The notes under the pieces were generated by a model that was not told the DNA's origin, did not search any database, and saw only the letters and a program-made list of their open reading frames with translations. Of a stretch of DNA of 64,000 bases, positions 26,717 through 35,481 are shown one piece after another. Location: the NCBI GenBank assembly GCA_035559235.1, contig DATMBM010000010.1, forward strand, positions 20,257-84,256. Direction: 5' to 3'. This stretch comes from Minisyncoccota bacterium (GTDB lineage: Bacteria > Patescibacteriota > Minisyncoccia > Phycocordibacterales > UBA2100). Numbering within the stretch: the first letter of the stretch is position 1; each line of letters starts with the position of its first letter. Position numbers and translations under genes: made by a program.

Positions 26717-26900
26717 ACAATTACGTTTATTGGATAACGGTCCGCGAAGGCGGACCACTGCATGGTACAGCATAGACTCTTTTTCATGAAGGTTGTGTGA
26801 TTGTAGAATGTGTATCGTGTACACACGGCAATTCATGCGTTCTTTATACGCGTATGTCTAGCCTTGAACGATGGCACGAGATGTCGCTCGCGAAATAGAG

Positions 26901-27689
26901 ATGAATACCGGTGAGAAAATGCCGGTCATCGGCTTTGGCACCTGGAACCTTGCCGGAAGGGCCGAGCAGCCGGTCTTGTGGGCGCTTGAGGCGGGGTATC
27001 GGCACATCGACACCGCGAAGATTTACGATACCGAGACGGATATCGGCCGAGCCGTCAAAAAATCAGGCGTTCCGCGCGAAGAGATTTTCATCACGACAAA
27101 GTTGTGGGACGACGACCAGGGCTACGAGCGCGCGATCCGCGCGATCGACGCCTCACTGGATCGACTCGGCATGGACTACGTGGACTTGTACCTGATCCAT
27201 TGGCCCAATACGGACGAGCCTGGAGGGAAGGATGTCCGCGCCGAGACATGGCGCGCGATGGAACACATTTTCCGCGCGGGCAAGGCCAGGACGATCGGCG
27301 TCTCGAACTACGAGCGTTCACACCTTGCCGAAATGGAGCTGTACGCGGAGATGCCGCCGGCGGTCAACCAAGTTGAGATGCACCCCTTCAAGGTCCCGAA
27401 CGACACGGTCGAGTACTGCCACGAACATGGCATCATCGTCGTCAACTACAGCCCGCTCACGCGAACACAGTACTTCGGCGACGAGACGCTAAACGCAATC
27501 GAAAAGAAGCATGGAAAGACCGTCCCGCAGGTCCTTCTGCGATGGGGTGTATAGCAGGGCCATGCCGTCATACCTAAGTCGGGGAAGAAGGCGCACATCG
27601 AGGAAAATATCGCGATTTTCGATTTTGAACTGGATGACGAAGATATGGAAAGGCTCGCAACGCTCGACGAGGACCGATCGGTGACCTAG
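26901..27689 (+). pseudogene. aldo/keto reductase interrupted by an in-frame TAG (27552-27554); possible nonsense mutation, sequencing error or readthrough
   Basis: AKR motifs throughout (MPVIGFGTW, HIDTAKIY, DLYLIHWP, IGVSNY). The frame continues after the TAG with the conserved C-terminus LRWGV*QGHAVIPKSGKKAHIEENIAIFDFEL. The stop sits where a Gln/Arg codon is expected, consistent with a CAG-to-TAG change. Confidence 0.7.
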
Positions 27690-27762
27690 GCAGCTGAGCT
27701 TGCACGTTGCGCGGGGGTTGGTACTGTGAGCTGAGAACACCATACATCACGAGGAGGTGATC

Positions 27763-28032
27763 ATGGGCAAGGTTCGGAAGGCGCGAGGTACGACGTTCGT
27801 CGTATCCAAGGAAGCGTTAGCGAAACTCGGATGCGGCAAAGTGGCTTACGTAAAGGAAATGACCGCTGAGCAACTGCGGGAGATGTATCCGAACATCGGC
27901 GGGGTTCCGGTTCGTGGCGTCTTGTACGTCCTTCAGTCGGCCGACGGATATCCGATTGTGGTATCCGATGAGCGGCGGAGGTCGATCAACCACGCCCTCA
28001 GGGACGACCTTGAGCTCGCATCGCTCCATTGA
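27763..28032 (+). CDS. small conserved hypothetical protein (DUF1150-like)
   Basis: Strongest SD in the window (GAGGAGGTGA) lies 4 nt upstream of the ATG. ...VAYVKEMTAEQLREMYPNIGGVPVRGVLYVLQSADGYPIVVSDERRRSINHALRDDLELASLH resembles DUF1150 proteins from memory. Confidence 0.5.
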   Translation: MGKVRKARGTTFVVSKEALAKLGCGKVAYVKEMTAEQLREMYPNIGGVPVRGVLYVLQSADGYPIVVSDERRRSINHALRDDLELASLH

Positions 28033-28137
28033 TCCTCCGCGTGGCGCTACAAGTGAAGCGCCGAACACTGTTCGGCGCTTCGAATTACGAAACATGTCTG
28101 AAGCGTTGGCTAGCGCGTCGCGTGATATACTTCCCGT

Positions 28138-28638
28138 ATGAATAGTGACTGGCGGAACGGACTGATCGCACTTGCGGTCCTCGTCGTCGGGATCGGTGGT
28201 TTCTTCGTGTATCAAAATTTCTTTAGCGGCGAGACGCCGCAGGAAAATGGCGAAGTTGCGGGCGAAACGGAAGATTTCTCAAACACTCCGGACGGCACGC
28301 CCGAATCGATTGACGTCCGCCTCAACGAAACGCAAAGTGTCTTGGGCGTGCGCGTCAATCCGGTAGAAGTCGTCGAAGATAGCCGCTGCCCGGCGGATGT
28401 CGAGTGCATTCAAGCAGGCACGGTGCGCGTCCGCGCACTTGTCACGGGGCGCGGCCAAGCGGAGGCGTCGGAAATCATGTTCGAGCTGGACACGCCGATG
28501 ACCGTCGGAGACGATACCGTCACTTTGATCGCGGTCTCACCGGAGCCGCAATCTGAAGGTACGATTTCCCCCGAGAACTACCTCTTTACATTCATGGTCG
28601 TCAAAGGCGGCGCATTGGTTGAATTCAACAAGGGCTAA
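28138..28638 (+). CDS. membrane-anchored hypothetical protein
   Basis: N-terminal TM (LIALAVLVVGIGGFFVY) followed by an acidic extracytoplasmic domain. No homology recognised. Confidence 0.45.
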   Translation: MNSDWRNGLIALAVLVVGIGGFFVYQNFFSGETPQENGEVAGETEDFSNTPDGTPESIDVRLNETQSVLGVRVNPVEVVEDSRCPADVECIQAGTVRVRALVTGRGQAEASEIMFELDTPMTVGDDTVTLIAVSPEPQSEGTISPENYLFTFMVVKGGALVEFNKG

Positions 28639-28773
28639 ATGACTTTTCTATTGGCGTTGTGGGAGGCAAACGGTATGCCTCCCGCACGAATGCGTATATA
28701 CCGCTCTTTGACCTACTCCCTGCCTGTCTCACGCTTGGCTTTTTGACGAATCCGGATTAATATTGTCAAACCT

Positions 28774-28794
28774 GCCTCGCGACCGAGGCTTTTT
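28774..28794 (+). terminator. terminator-like hairpin GCCTCG-CGAC-CGAGGC followed by TTTTT, ending 2 nt before the typA start codon
   Basis: 6-bp stem, 4-nt loop and 5 Ts, read from the sequence. It could terminate the upstream gene or act as an attenuator. Confidence 0.35.
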
Positions 28795-28796
28795 AT

Positions 28797-30590
28797 ATGG
28801 AAATCAGAAATATTGCGATTATCGCCCACGTTGACCACGGAAAGACGACCCTGACGGATGCAATTCTGCGTCAGACGGGTGCGGCACAAGAAGGCGTGAC
28901 GATGGACAGTAACAAGCTGGAACAAGAGCGCGGCATCACCATCTACGCGAAAAACGCGGCGGTGATGTATAGGGATACGAAAATCAATATCGTCGACACG
29001 CCGGGGCACGCGGATTTCGGTTCGGAAGTCGAGCGTGTCTTGCGATCGATCGATAGTGTGCTTCTCGTCGTCGACGCACAGGAAGGCCCGATGCCGCAGA
29101 CGCGCTTCGTCCTCAAGAAATCTCTCGAACTCGGGCTGAAACCGATTGTCGTCATCAATAAAATCGACAAGCCGGCGGCAGACCCGCATCGCGCGGAAGA
29201 ACAAGTCTTGGAACTCTTTTTGGAACTTGGCGCCTCGAATGAGCAGGCGGAATTTCCCGTCGTGTATGCGATCGGGAAACTTGGCATTGCGAAACGGAAG
29301 CTCGACGAGGAATCGAAGGATCTGACACCGCTCCTTGACGCGATTTTGGAAAAGGTGCCGTCCGCCTCGGCTTCGCCTCAGCGAGACGGGGTTGCCGTGC
29401 GCGCACAACCATTTAATCTCGCCTACGACAACTTTCTCGGCCGTCTCGCCGTCGTGCGTGTGTATAAGGGCACATTGAAAACGGGCGCAAGCATCTTTGT
29501 AAAAAAGCCGTCGGGGGAAGTCCGCGCAGGGAAGATCACGAAAATGTTTACCTTCGAAGGCCTGAAGCGCGTCGAGGCGCAAGAAGTCCCGCCGGGCGAC
29601 ATCGCGCTCATTGCCGGCATTCCCGATATCGAAATCGGGGAAACGGTGACGACCGACAAGGATGCGGAGCCCTTGCCCGCCATCGCCGTCGACGAACCGA
29701 CGATTACCCTCAATTTCCTCGTGAATAATTCGCCGTTTGGCGGACGCGAGGGGAAGTTTGTCACCTCGCGCCAGCTGCGCGACCGGCTCGAAAAAGAATT
29801 GGAAATCAACGTGGGACTACGCGTCGATTTCGAGAACCCCGACAATTTTAAAGTCTCCGGTCGGGGGGAATTGCACATCGCGATCCTTTTGGAAAACATG
29901 CGGCGCGAAGGATATGAGATGCAGGTCTCGCAGCCGCAGGTGATTGTGCGCGAAGAAAACGGCATAAAGACGGAACCGTTCGAGGAAGTCGTCATCGATA
30001 TCCCGTCACGATATCAGGGCGCGATCATTGAGCGACTCGGCATGCGCGGCTTTGTGATGCAGAATCTCGTGGTTCACGGCGATACGGTGCGCCTGATTTT
30101 TGAAGGTCCGACCCGCGGGCTCCTCGGTTACCGCAACCAATTCATCATCGATACCAAGGGCGAGGGCATCATTGCCGCGCGCGTCATAGGCTTCAAGCCG
30201 TTTGCGGGAGACATCAGGAAGCGACCGCAGGGCTCGATGATTTCGATGGCGACCGGGAAGGCGCTCGGCTTTTCTCTGTGGAATTTGCAGGATCGCGGCC
30301 GACTCTATATCGGCCCGGCGACCGAGGTGTACGAAGGGCAGGTGATTGGGGACACGTCGAAAGGCGAGGAGATGACGGTGAATCCGACGAAGGGGAAGAA
30401 CCTCACCAACGTCCGCGCGTCCGGAAGCGACGAGGCGATCCAGCTCATCCCGCCGTATGAATTGACGATCGAACGAGGGCTTGAACTTATGCAAAAGGAC
30501 GAATACCTGGAAGTGACGCCGCAGTCGGTGCGCCTCCGCAAAATCCACCTTACGGAAACTGACCGCGCGCGTGCTGCGCGAAAAGAGTAG
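28797..30590 (+). CDS. typA: translational GTPase TypA/BipA
   Basis: G1 AHVDHGKTT; G3 DTPGHADF; G4 NKID; 597 aa; EF-G-like C-terminal domains. Confidence 0.9.
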   Translation: MEIRNIAIIAHVDHGKTTLTDAILRQTGAAQEGVTMDSNKLEQERGITIYAKNAAVMYRDTKINIVDTPGHADFGSEVERVLRSIDSVLLVVDAQEGPMPQTRFVLKKSLELGLKPIVVINKIDKPAADPHRAEEQVLELFLELGASNEQAEFPVVYAIGKLGIAKRKLDEESKDLTPLLDAILEKVPSASASPQRDGVAVRAQPFNLAYDNFLGRLAVVRVYKGTLKTGASIFVKKPSGEVRAGKITKMFTFEGLKRVEAQEVPPGDIALIAGIPDIEIGETVTTDKDAEPLPAIAVDEPTITLNFLVNNSPFGGREGKFVTSRQLRDRLEKELEINVGLRVDFENPDNFKVSGRGELHIAILLENMRREGYEMQVSQPQVIVREENGIKTEPFEEVVIDIPSRYQGAIIERLGMRGFVMQNLVVHGDTVRLIFEGPTRGLLGYRNQFIIDTKGEGIIAARVIGFKPFAGDIRKRPQGSMISMATGKALGFSLWNLQDRGRLYIGPATEVYEGQVIGDTSKGEEMTVNPTKGKNLTNVRASGSDEAIQLIPPYELTIERGLELMQKDEYLEVTPQSVRLRKIHLTETDRARAARKE

Positions 30591-30619
30591 CCGACCAAGA
30601 TCCTGTTACAATAGCCGGG

Positions 30620-31879
30620 ATGCCGGAAATTGCGGAGATCGTCGAACTCGTGTCGAACTACAGCCTTCTTTTTATCGCCGGAGGCGCGGTCGTGCTCGCG
30701 CTCGTAAGCGCGTACGCAGGCGGACTGATCGTGACGCGGACGGAGGGGACGAATTACGTGACAGGCGAAATCGACGCGCTCGCGGAGCGGATGAAAGAGG
30801 CCGAGCAGATCGGCCATTTCGGCAGCTTCCTGTGGGATTTTGAGGACCCGAAGCAGTCATTCTGGACGCCGCAATTGTTTGCGCTGTTTGAGACTGAATA
30901 CAATACCCCGCCGACACCCGAGCAGTTTCTTGCGTTTGCGGAGACGAGAGAACGAGAAAGGGTTGCGGATGCCTGGAAGAAAATATTGGTCACGTCGGGC
31001 CCGTTCTCCCTCACGTTCGCGGCGGTCTCACACAAGGGGCGGCATATGTACGTGCGCGTGCAGGGCAAGATGACGCCGAAGCGTGACGGCCTTGCGCCGA
31101 AGCGTATCGAGGGCGTCATCACGGACGTCACGCGCGAAATGGAGGTGGATAAAGCCAAGACCGAGTTCGTCTCGCTCGCCTCGCACCAATTGAAAACCCC
31201 GCTTACTTCCATCAGCTGGCTCGCCGAGTCGCTCATGCGCGGGACGAAGGGAGCGCTCCAGGACGACCAGCGCACCTATGTCGCCAACATCCAGGACGCG
31301 GCAAGCCGCATGATCGCGATGGTGAATGATCTGCTCAACGTTTCGCGCATCGAACTCGACACGCTCGCCATACGGCCTGAAGAACTGGATGCGTGCGGAT
31401 TGATGACGAGCGTTATCGACGAGCAGAAGCATGCCGCCGACGCGAAAAAGATCTCCCTTGATTTCACCTGTGCACCGAATCTTCCGCATCTCACGGCCGA
31501 CAAACAACTGTTGCGGATGATCTTCCAGAACCTTCTTTCGAACGCTATCAAGTACACGCCTGAAGGCGGTAACGTTACGTGCGACATGTCCCTTGCCGAG
31601 GCGGGACGCGAAGTCGTCTTTTTAAGCGTCAAGGATTCCGGTATCGGCATTCCAAAAGACGAACAGCCGCGCATTTTCGAGAAGCTCCATCGTGCATCCA
31701 ACGCGCAGAACCTCGTCCCCGACGGCACCGGCCTCGGGCTCTACCTCGTAAAAACCATCCTGGACCGCGTCGGAGGCGGTATCAGCTTCGAATCGGTTGA
31801 AGGCCAGGGCACGACGTTCTTCGTCACGATCCCGTTTACCTGGAAGGCGCGTGGGGACAAGCCGCTCGCGGGCGTCTAA
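30620..31879 (+). CDS. sensor histidine kinase (N-terminal TM, sensor/PAS-like region, HisKA + HATPase_c)
   Basis: H-box SHQLKTPLTSI; N-box LLSNAIKYT; G1 DSGIGIP; G2 GTGLGL. Confidence 0.8.
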   Translation: MPEIAEIVELVSNYSLLFIAGGAVVLALVSAYAGGLIVTRTEGTNYVTGEIDALAERMKEAEQIGHFGSFLWDFEDPKQSFWTPQLFALFETEYNTPPTPEQFLAFAETRERERVADAWKKILVTSGPFSLTFAAVSHKGRHMYVRVQGKMTPKRDGLAPKRIEGVITDVTREMEVDKAKTEFVSLASHQLKTPLTSISWLAESLMRGTKGALQDDQRTYVANIQDAASRMIAMVNDLLNVSRIELDTLAIRPEELDACGLMTSVIDEQKHAADAKKISLDFTCAPNLPHLTADKQLLRMIFQNLLSNAIKYTPEGGNVTCDMSLAEAGREVVFLSVKDSGIGIPKDEQPRIFEKLHRASNAQNLVPDGTGLGLYLVKTILDRVGGGISFESVEGQGTTFFVTIPFTWKARGDKPLAGV

Positions 31880-31898
31880 CGCACGCTATACTCACGGC

Positions 31899-32282
31899 AT
31901 GGCAGACAAAAAAACGGTACTGGTGGTGGAAGACGAAGCTCCGGCGGTGCTCGCGCTTGGCGACGTGCTGAAGGGTGAGGGGTTTGAGGTTTTGACCGCA
32001 CGCACCGGCAAAGAAGGCCTCGCAACCGCGATCGTGAAGCATCCCGATATGATCCTTGCCGATCTGAAGATGCCGGAAATGGGCGGGCTCGAGATGGTGC
32101 GCGAATTGCGGAACGATACGTGGGGGAAAGACGTGCCCGTCATGATCCTCACAAACGTCTCCGACGGGACGGTCGTCGAAGAGGCGCAAGAAGCGGGCGC
32201 CATCGAATATTTCATCAAGGGCGACATGCACATGGAGGACATCATCGCGCGCATCCGCGCGCGGCTTGGCATGGAGAAGTAG
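31899..32282 (+). CDS. single-domain response regulator (CheY-like receiver)
   Basis: TVLVVEDE, phosphoacceptor Asp context MILADLKMP, and a conserved Lys in the C-terminal region. Start chosen at MADKK; the upstream Arg-rich part of track ORF 31797 overlaps the kinase gene. Confidence 0.75.
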   Translation: MADKKTVLVVEDEAPAVLALGDVLKGEGFEVLTARTGKEGLATAIVKHPDMILADLKMPEMGGLEMVRELRNDTWGKDVPVMILTNVSDGTVVEEAQEAGAIEYFIKGDMHMEDIIARIRARLGMEK

Positions 32283-32309
32283 GCGCGCCTTTTTTGTATG
32301 ATACGTCCC

Positions 32310-32799
32310 ATGCATCCGTGGGACGTGACGGTGGATGAGGCGGCGCAGATCCAACGTGCATTGCGCGGAAATCCGACTTGAAAAGCTTTTGGCTGCGCCG
32401 AAGACGATTGCGGGCGTCGACGTGTCCAGCAACCGATTCTCAAACGAATTGTATGCCGGCGTCGTCGTGCTGTCGTTCCCGGATCTCGCTGAAACTGGGC
32501 GCGCATTGGCGAAAGCGACGACGAACTTTTCGTATGTGCCAGGTTTCCTGTCATTTCGCGAAATCCCGGTGCTGTTGAAGGCGTTTAAGAAATTGAAGAC
32601 GAAGCCGGATGTGCTTTTTGTGGACGGACAAGGCATCGCGCACCCGCGACGGATGGGAATCGCGTCGCACCTTGGGTTGGTGCTGGATACGCCATCGATC
32701 GGTGTCGCGAAACGTGTTTTGTATGGTGTCGGCCGCGAGCCTGCGGCCGCGGCAGGTACCGCGTTTCTGTGCCGACTTGCCGCGCGCACGACGTGGTGA
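32310..32799 (+). pseudogene. nfi: endonuclease V (nfi) remnant: N-terminal frameshift near 32375 and loss of ~70 C-terminal residues
   Basis: Frame 0: MHPWDVTVDEAAQIQRALRGNPT*. Frame +1 continues EIRLEKLLAAPKTIAGVDVSS...YVPGFLSFREIPVLL...PDVLFVDGQGIAHPRRMGIASHLG...IGVAKRV, which are EndoV motifs. The ORF then ends ~70 aa early, and the next gene starts 57 nt later. Confidence 0.6.
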
Positions 32800-32855
32800 A
32801 CGCCTTTCGCCGCGGTGAAATATTCTGACTGGCGCCGCGTTGGTAGGATACTGCT

Positions 32856-33476
32856 ATGCGCATTCTCGCGACCATCGTTCTCCTCCTCGTCGTTGCCGCG
32901 GGTGTGTGGTTCTATTTCGAAACGCAAGACCAAGGCGCGCACATACCGGACATGAACATGAGCGAGCCGACGAATTTCAACGAAGTCGGCGTCCTTCGTT
33001 TCCCGCCCGTCACCAGCGGGCAGTCGCAGGGGAAGTTTGAATACGACGGCGGGGCGGGCACGACGACGCTCGCGATCGAGATGGACACGCTCTCCGTCTG
33101 TGCGGCAGAAAACGGTGCGACACCGTGCGTCGCGATGAGTATCACGTTCGACCAGGTTTTTGATGGGCGTGCAGCGCTTATCGAGGGTACGCGGGAGGGG
33201 AATACGATCTTGGTGCGTAAAATGCGTATTACACGCGCCGGCGAGGAACTCCGGTCGTTCGAGCCGGGCGACACGTTTATTTCGTGGTATCACGCCATGG
33301 AACTTTTGAAGAATTGCGAGGTAAAAATGGCGATGCAGACGCACGCGCTCGATGTCTACCTTACGCTTAAAGACGGGCGGCGCGTCCGTGCCGTCGAGCC
33401 GACGATCGACGAGATGTTCCGTGTCATAAACGCGACGCGCGGTGCCTGCGGCACCTTCCCAGTCGCGACGGAGTAG
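32856..33476 (+). CDS. secreted hypothetical protein
   Basis: Signal peptide MRILATIVLLLVVAAGVWFY. No homology recognised. Confidence 0.45.
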   Translation: MRILATIVLLLVVAAGVWFYFETQDQGAHIPDMNMSEPTNFNEVGVLRFPPVTSGQSQGKFEYDGGAGTTTLAIEMDTLSVCAAENGATPCVAMSITFDQVFDGRAALIEGTREGNTILVRKMRITRAGEELRSFEPGDTFISWYHAMELLKNCEVKMAMQTHALDVYLTLKDGRRVRAVEPTIDEMFRVINATRGACGTFPVATE

Positions 33477-33533
33477 GCAGGATATTCACATTTTTCTCAC
33501 CCTCGTGCGCTGGAATGGCGCTATAGTAAGCGT

Positions 33534-34052
33534 ATGGCAGGACCAATGACACCACAGAAACGCCGCGCGATCGCGCGGAAAAATATCAAGAAAGCGCAGG
33601 CGCGCTGGAAAGCCATGTCGCACCGCGAACGCGCGCTTGCGCAGCCGCAGGGCCGCGGCCGCAAAAAGCCGGGCTCGACCGGCAAGGGGCACTTCTATCG
33701 CATCATGGTTCGTCCCAAGAGCGAGTTCGTGACCTTCCGTGTGCAGGATGTCGGCGGGAAGGGCGGCCTCGAGCGCCTGGCCGGCAAGCGATCGAGCGGA
33801 TCGTGGGATACGGTCTCATGGCTGATTGAAAAGAAAGACGCAAAGGTGATGTCGAACGGACAGTTGCGCGTGACCGGCGCGAAAGCCCGTAGTGTCCTAA
33901 AAAACATCCGCGGCCCCATCATGCACGTGAAAGGCGATATTTTCCAGGCCCACTCGCGCCGGAATATCCCCGAGGCAGAGAAGCCGACCGCGGCGATGCG
34001 ACGCGCGCAGCGCAAAAACATCAAGAAGGCGCATCGGTCTCGCTGGGGATAG
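33534..34052 (+). CDS. basic hypothetical protein with repeated N- and C-terminal KRRAIARKNIKKAQARW-like motif
   Basis: RRAIARKNIKKAQARW at the N-terminus and RRAQRKNIKKAHRSRW at the C-terminus. Lys/Arg-rich throughout. Confidence 0.4.
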   Translation: MAGPMTPQKRRAIARKNIKKAQARWKAMSHRERALAQPQGRGRKKPGSTGKGHFYRIMVRPKSEFVTFRVQDVGGKGGLERLAGKRSSGSWDTVSWLIEKKDAKVMSNGQLRVTGAKARSVLKNIRGPIMHVKGDIFQAHSRRNIPEAEKPTAAMRRAQRKNIKKAHRSRWG

Positions 34053-34084
34053 CAGCTTCTTCATAATCCGGTATACTACCGCGC

Positions 34085-34777
34085 ATGGATCTCGTGCGCG
34101 GCAATACCGATCTGGAGGCGCTCAACCAGCAATTGAACGATCCGCAGCTCCTTGCGGAATACAAGCGGCCGTATGACGACTACCAGACCGCAGCGCTTCC
34201 GCGCCTGTTGGGGCACTTTCTCGTATGGGCGGGGAACCTGGTGTACGGAGAAGAACCGTCGTATCTGAAATTCCGCGCGGTCGAAGTGATCGCGCGCGTC
34301 CCGTATCATTCATGGGCTTCGGCTGCGTACACGCTTCTCACGCTCTATTATAGAGATGAGAAGCGGGCGATGGCGCTTGCAAACGTTTCGAAGTATTCGC
34401 GCATCGCGCAAGATAACGAAACGATGCATGTCGTCGTTATCTCGCACTTCGCCGCGCAAGAAGGCCGCGCAGGATATTTCCGCCATACGTTCGTCCCGAT
34501 GTTCTTCGCGTTCTTTTATTTTTGGTGGGGTTATTTTTTGTACCTTATCAATCCGCGCTACTCGTACGAGCTTAACTACATGTTTGAAAATCATGCCTTC
34601 GAGCAATACAACCGGTTCTTGGCTGAGCGCGGCGAGGAGCTGAAGCGGAAGCCCGCCGAGAGTGAATTTCTAACGTGGTACGGCCGCAATCCGCGCAACC
34701 AATACGAGTTTTTCCTTTCGGTGCGCAACGATGAGATCATCCACCGCAATACGTCAATCAGAGAAATCGACGCTTAG
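34085..34777 (+). CDS. alternative oxidase (AOX/PTOX-like di-iron carboxylate ubiquinol oxidase) homolog
   Basis: Four di-iron helices are recognisable: E in RAVEVIARVPY, NETMHV (ExxH), ENHAFEQY and RNDEIIHRN (ExxH). The LAEYKRPY start resembles AOX proteins. Confidence 0.6.
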   Translation: MDLVRGNTDLEALNQQLNDPQLLAEYKRPYDDYQTAALPRLLGHFLVWAGNLVYGEEPSYLKFRAVEVIARVPYHSWASAAYTLLTLYYRDEKRAMALANVSKYSRIAQDNETMHVVVISHFAAQEGRAGYFRHTFVPMFFAFFYFWWGYFLYLINPRYSYELNYMFENHAFEQYNRFLAERGEELKRKPAESEFLTWYGRNPRNQYEFFLSVRNDEIIHRNTSIREIDA

Positions 34778-34799
34778 ACTGTCGCCCATGTATCACTTT

Positions 34800-35404
34800 C
34801 TATACCATGGTATAGAAAGTGATACATTGTTTATTTTGCCGACAAGAGTGTTTATTCCACAAGTTCGGCAGAGACGATGAGGCGATGTGTGTAGGTGCCG
34901 AGGGTCCGGCTAAAGCGCCTGCGCAGGTGATGAGCATCAAGCCGCGAGCCTCCCGTTCATGCACGATTTCAGCCATCGGCACATCATGGAGCGCATAGAC
35001 GCGCGAATCAGTAATGACAAAATGGAGTGTCTCGCCACCTGCGGTCTCGACCGTTATTTCATCGCCGACATTTGCCCGGTGCAATTTTTTGAACGCGCGT
35101 ACACATGTGCGTCCATGATTGCGTTGCCTAAATCCCCTGGGACGGCGCCATACTGATACCAGCCGACGTTGCGCGTCGAGCCATCCGGGACGTCGATTTC
35201 ACCCTTACCGTTAATTCCAACGTTTTGTATCGGAGCAGTCAGGCCAATTGACGGAATCGCGATGCGTGCGGGGTATTCCGAAGGATCGTGTACATAGTCG
35301 TCGGCGAATGCCGAAGCAAGAGCGATGACGGGTTCGACGCCGACGTTAAAATGCGGCGTTCCGAGAATCGCCGCGACCATGAGAGCGACACATGATTTCC
35401 GCAT
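34800..35404 (-). pseudogene. sortase paralog split by a frameshift near 35085-35095
   Basis: ORF 35054..35404 (ARIAIPSIGLTAPIQNVGINGKGEIDVPDGSTRNVGWYQYGAVPGDLGNAIMDAHV) and ORF 34800..35084 (VGDEITVETAGGETLHFVITDSRVYALHDVP...LMLITCAGA) align consecutively to the intact sortase at 53652..54269. That alignment includes the H and the L-I-T-C catalytic region. The join is at a T6/A6 run. Confidence 0.6.
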
Positions 35405-35481
35405 GAAGCATTGTCAGTATATCCAAACGACGGCTCAAACAAAAGGTTTTTCATTCATGAACTTCATGATACGATGCATGC

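Noticed and set aside
26901-27689. Possibility that TAG is reassigned genome-wide, which would explain the in-frame amber in the AKR.
   Set aside because: TAG terminates several confidently identified genes at their expected ends: capA-like at 12177, the NucS-like fusion at 13638, hsdR at 21755 and the 845-aa protein at 5594. TGA also ends hsdM and hsdS, and TAA ends prfB and pyrG. The standard code applies, so the amber is local.
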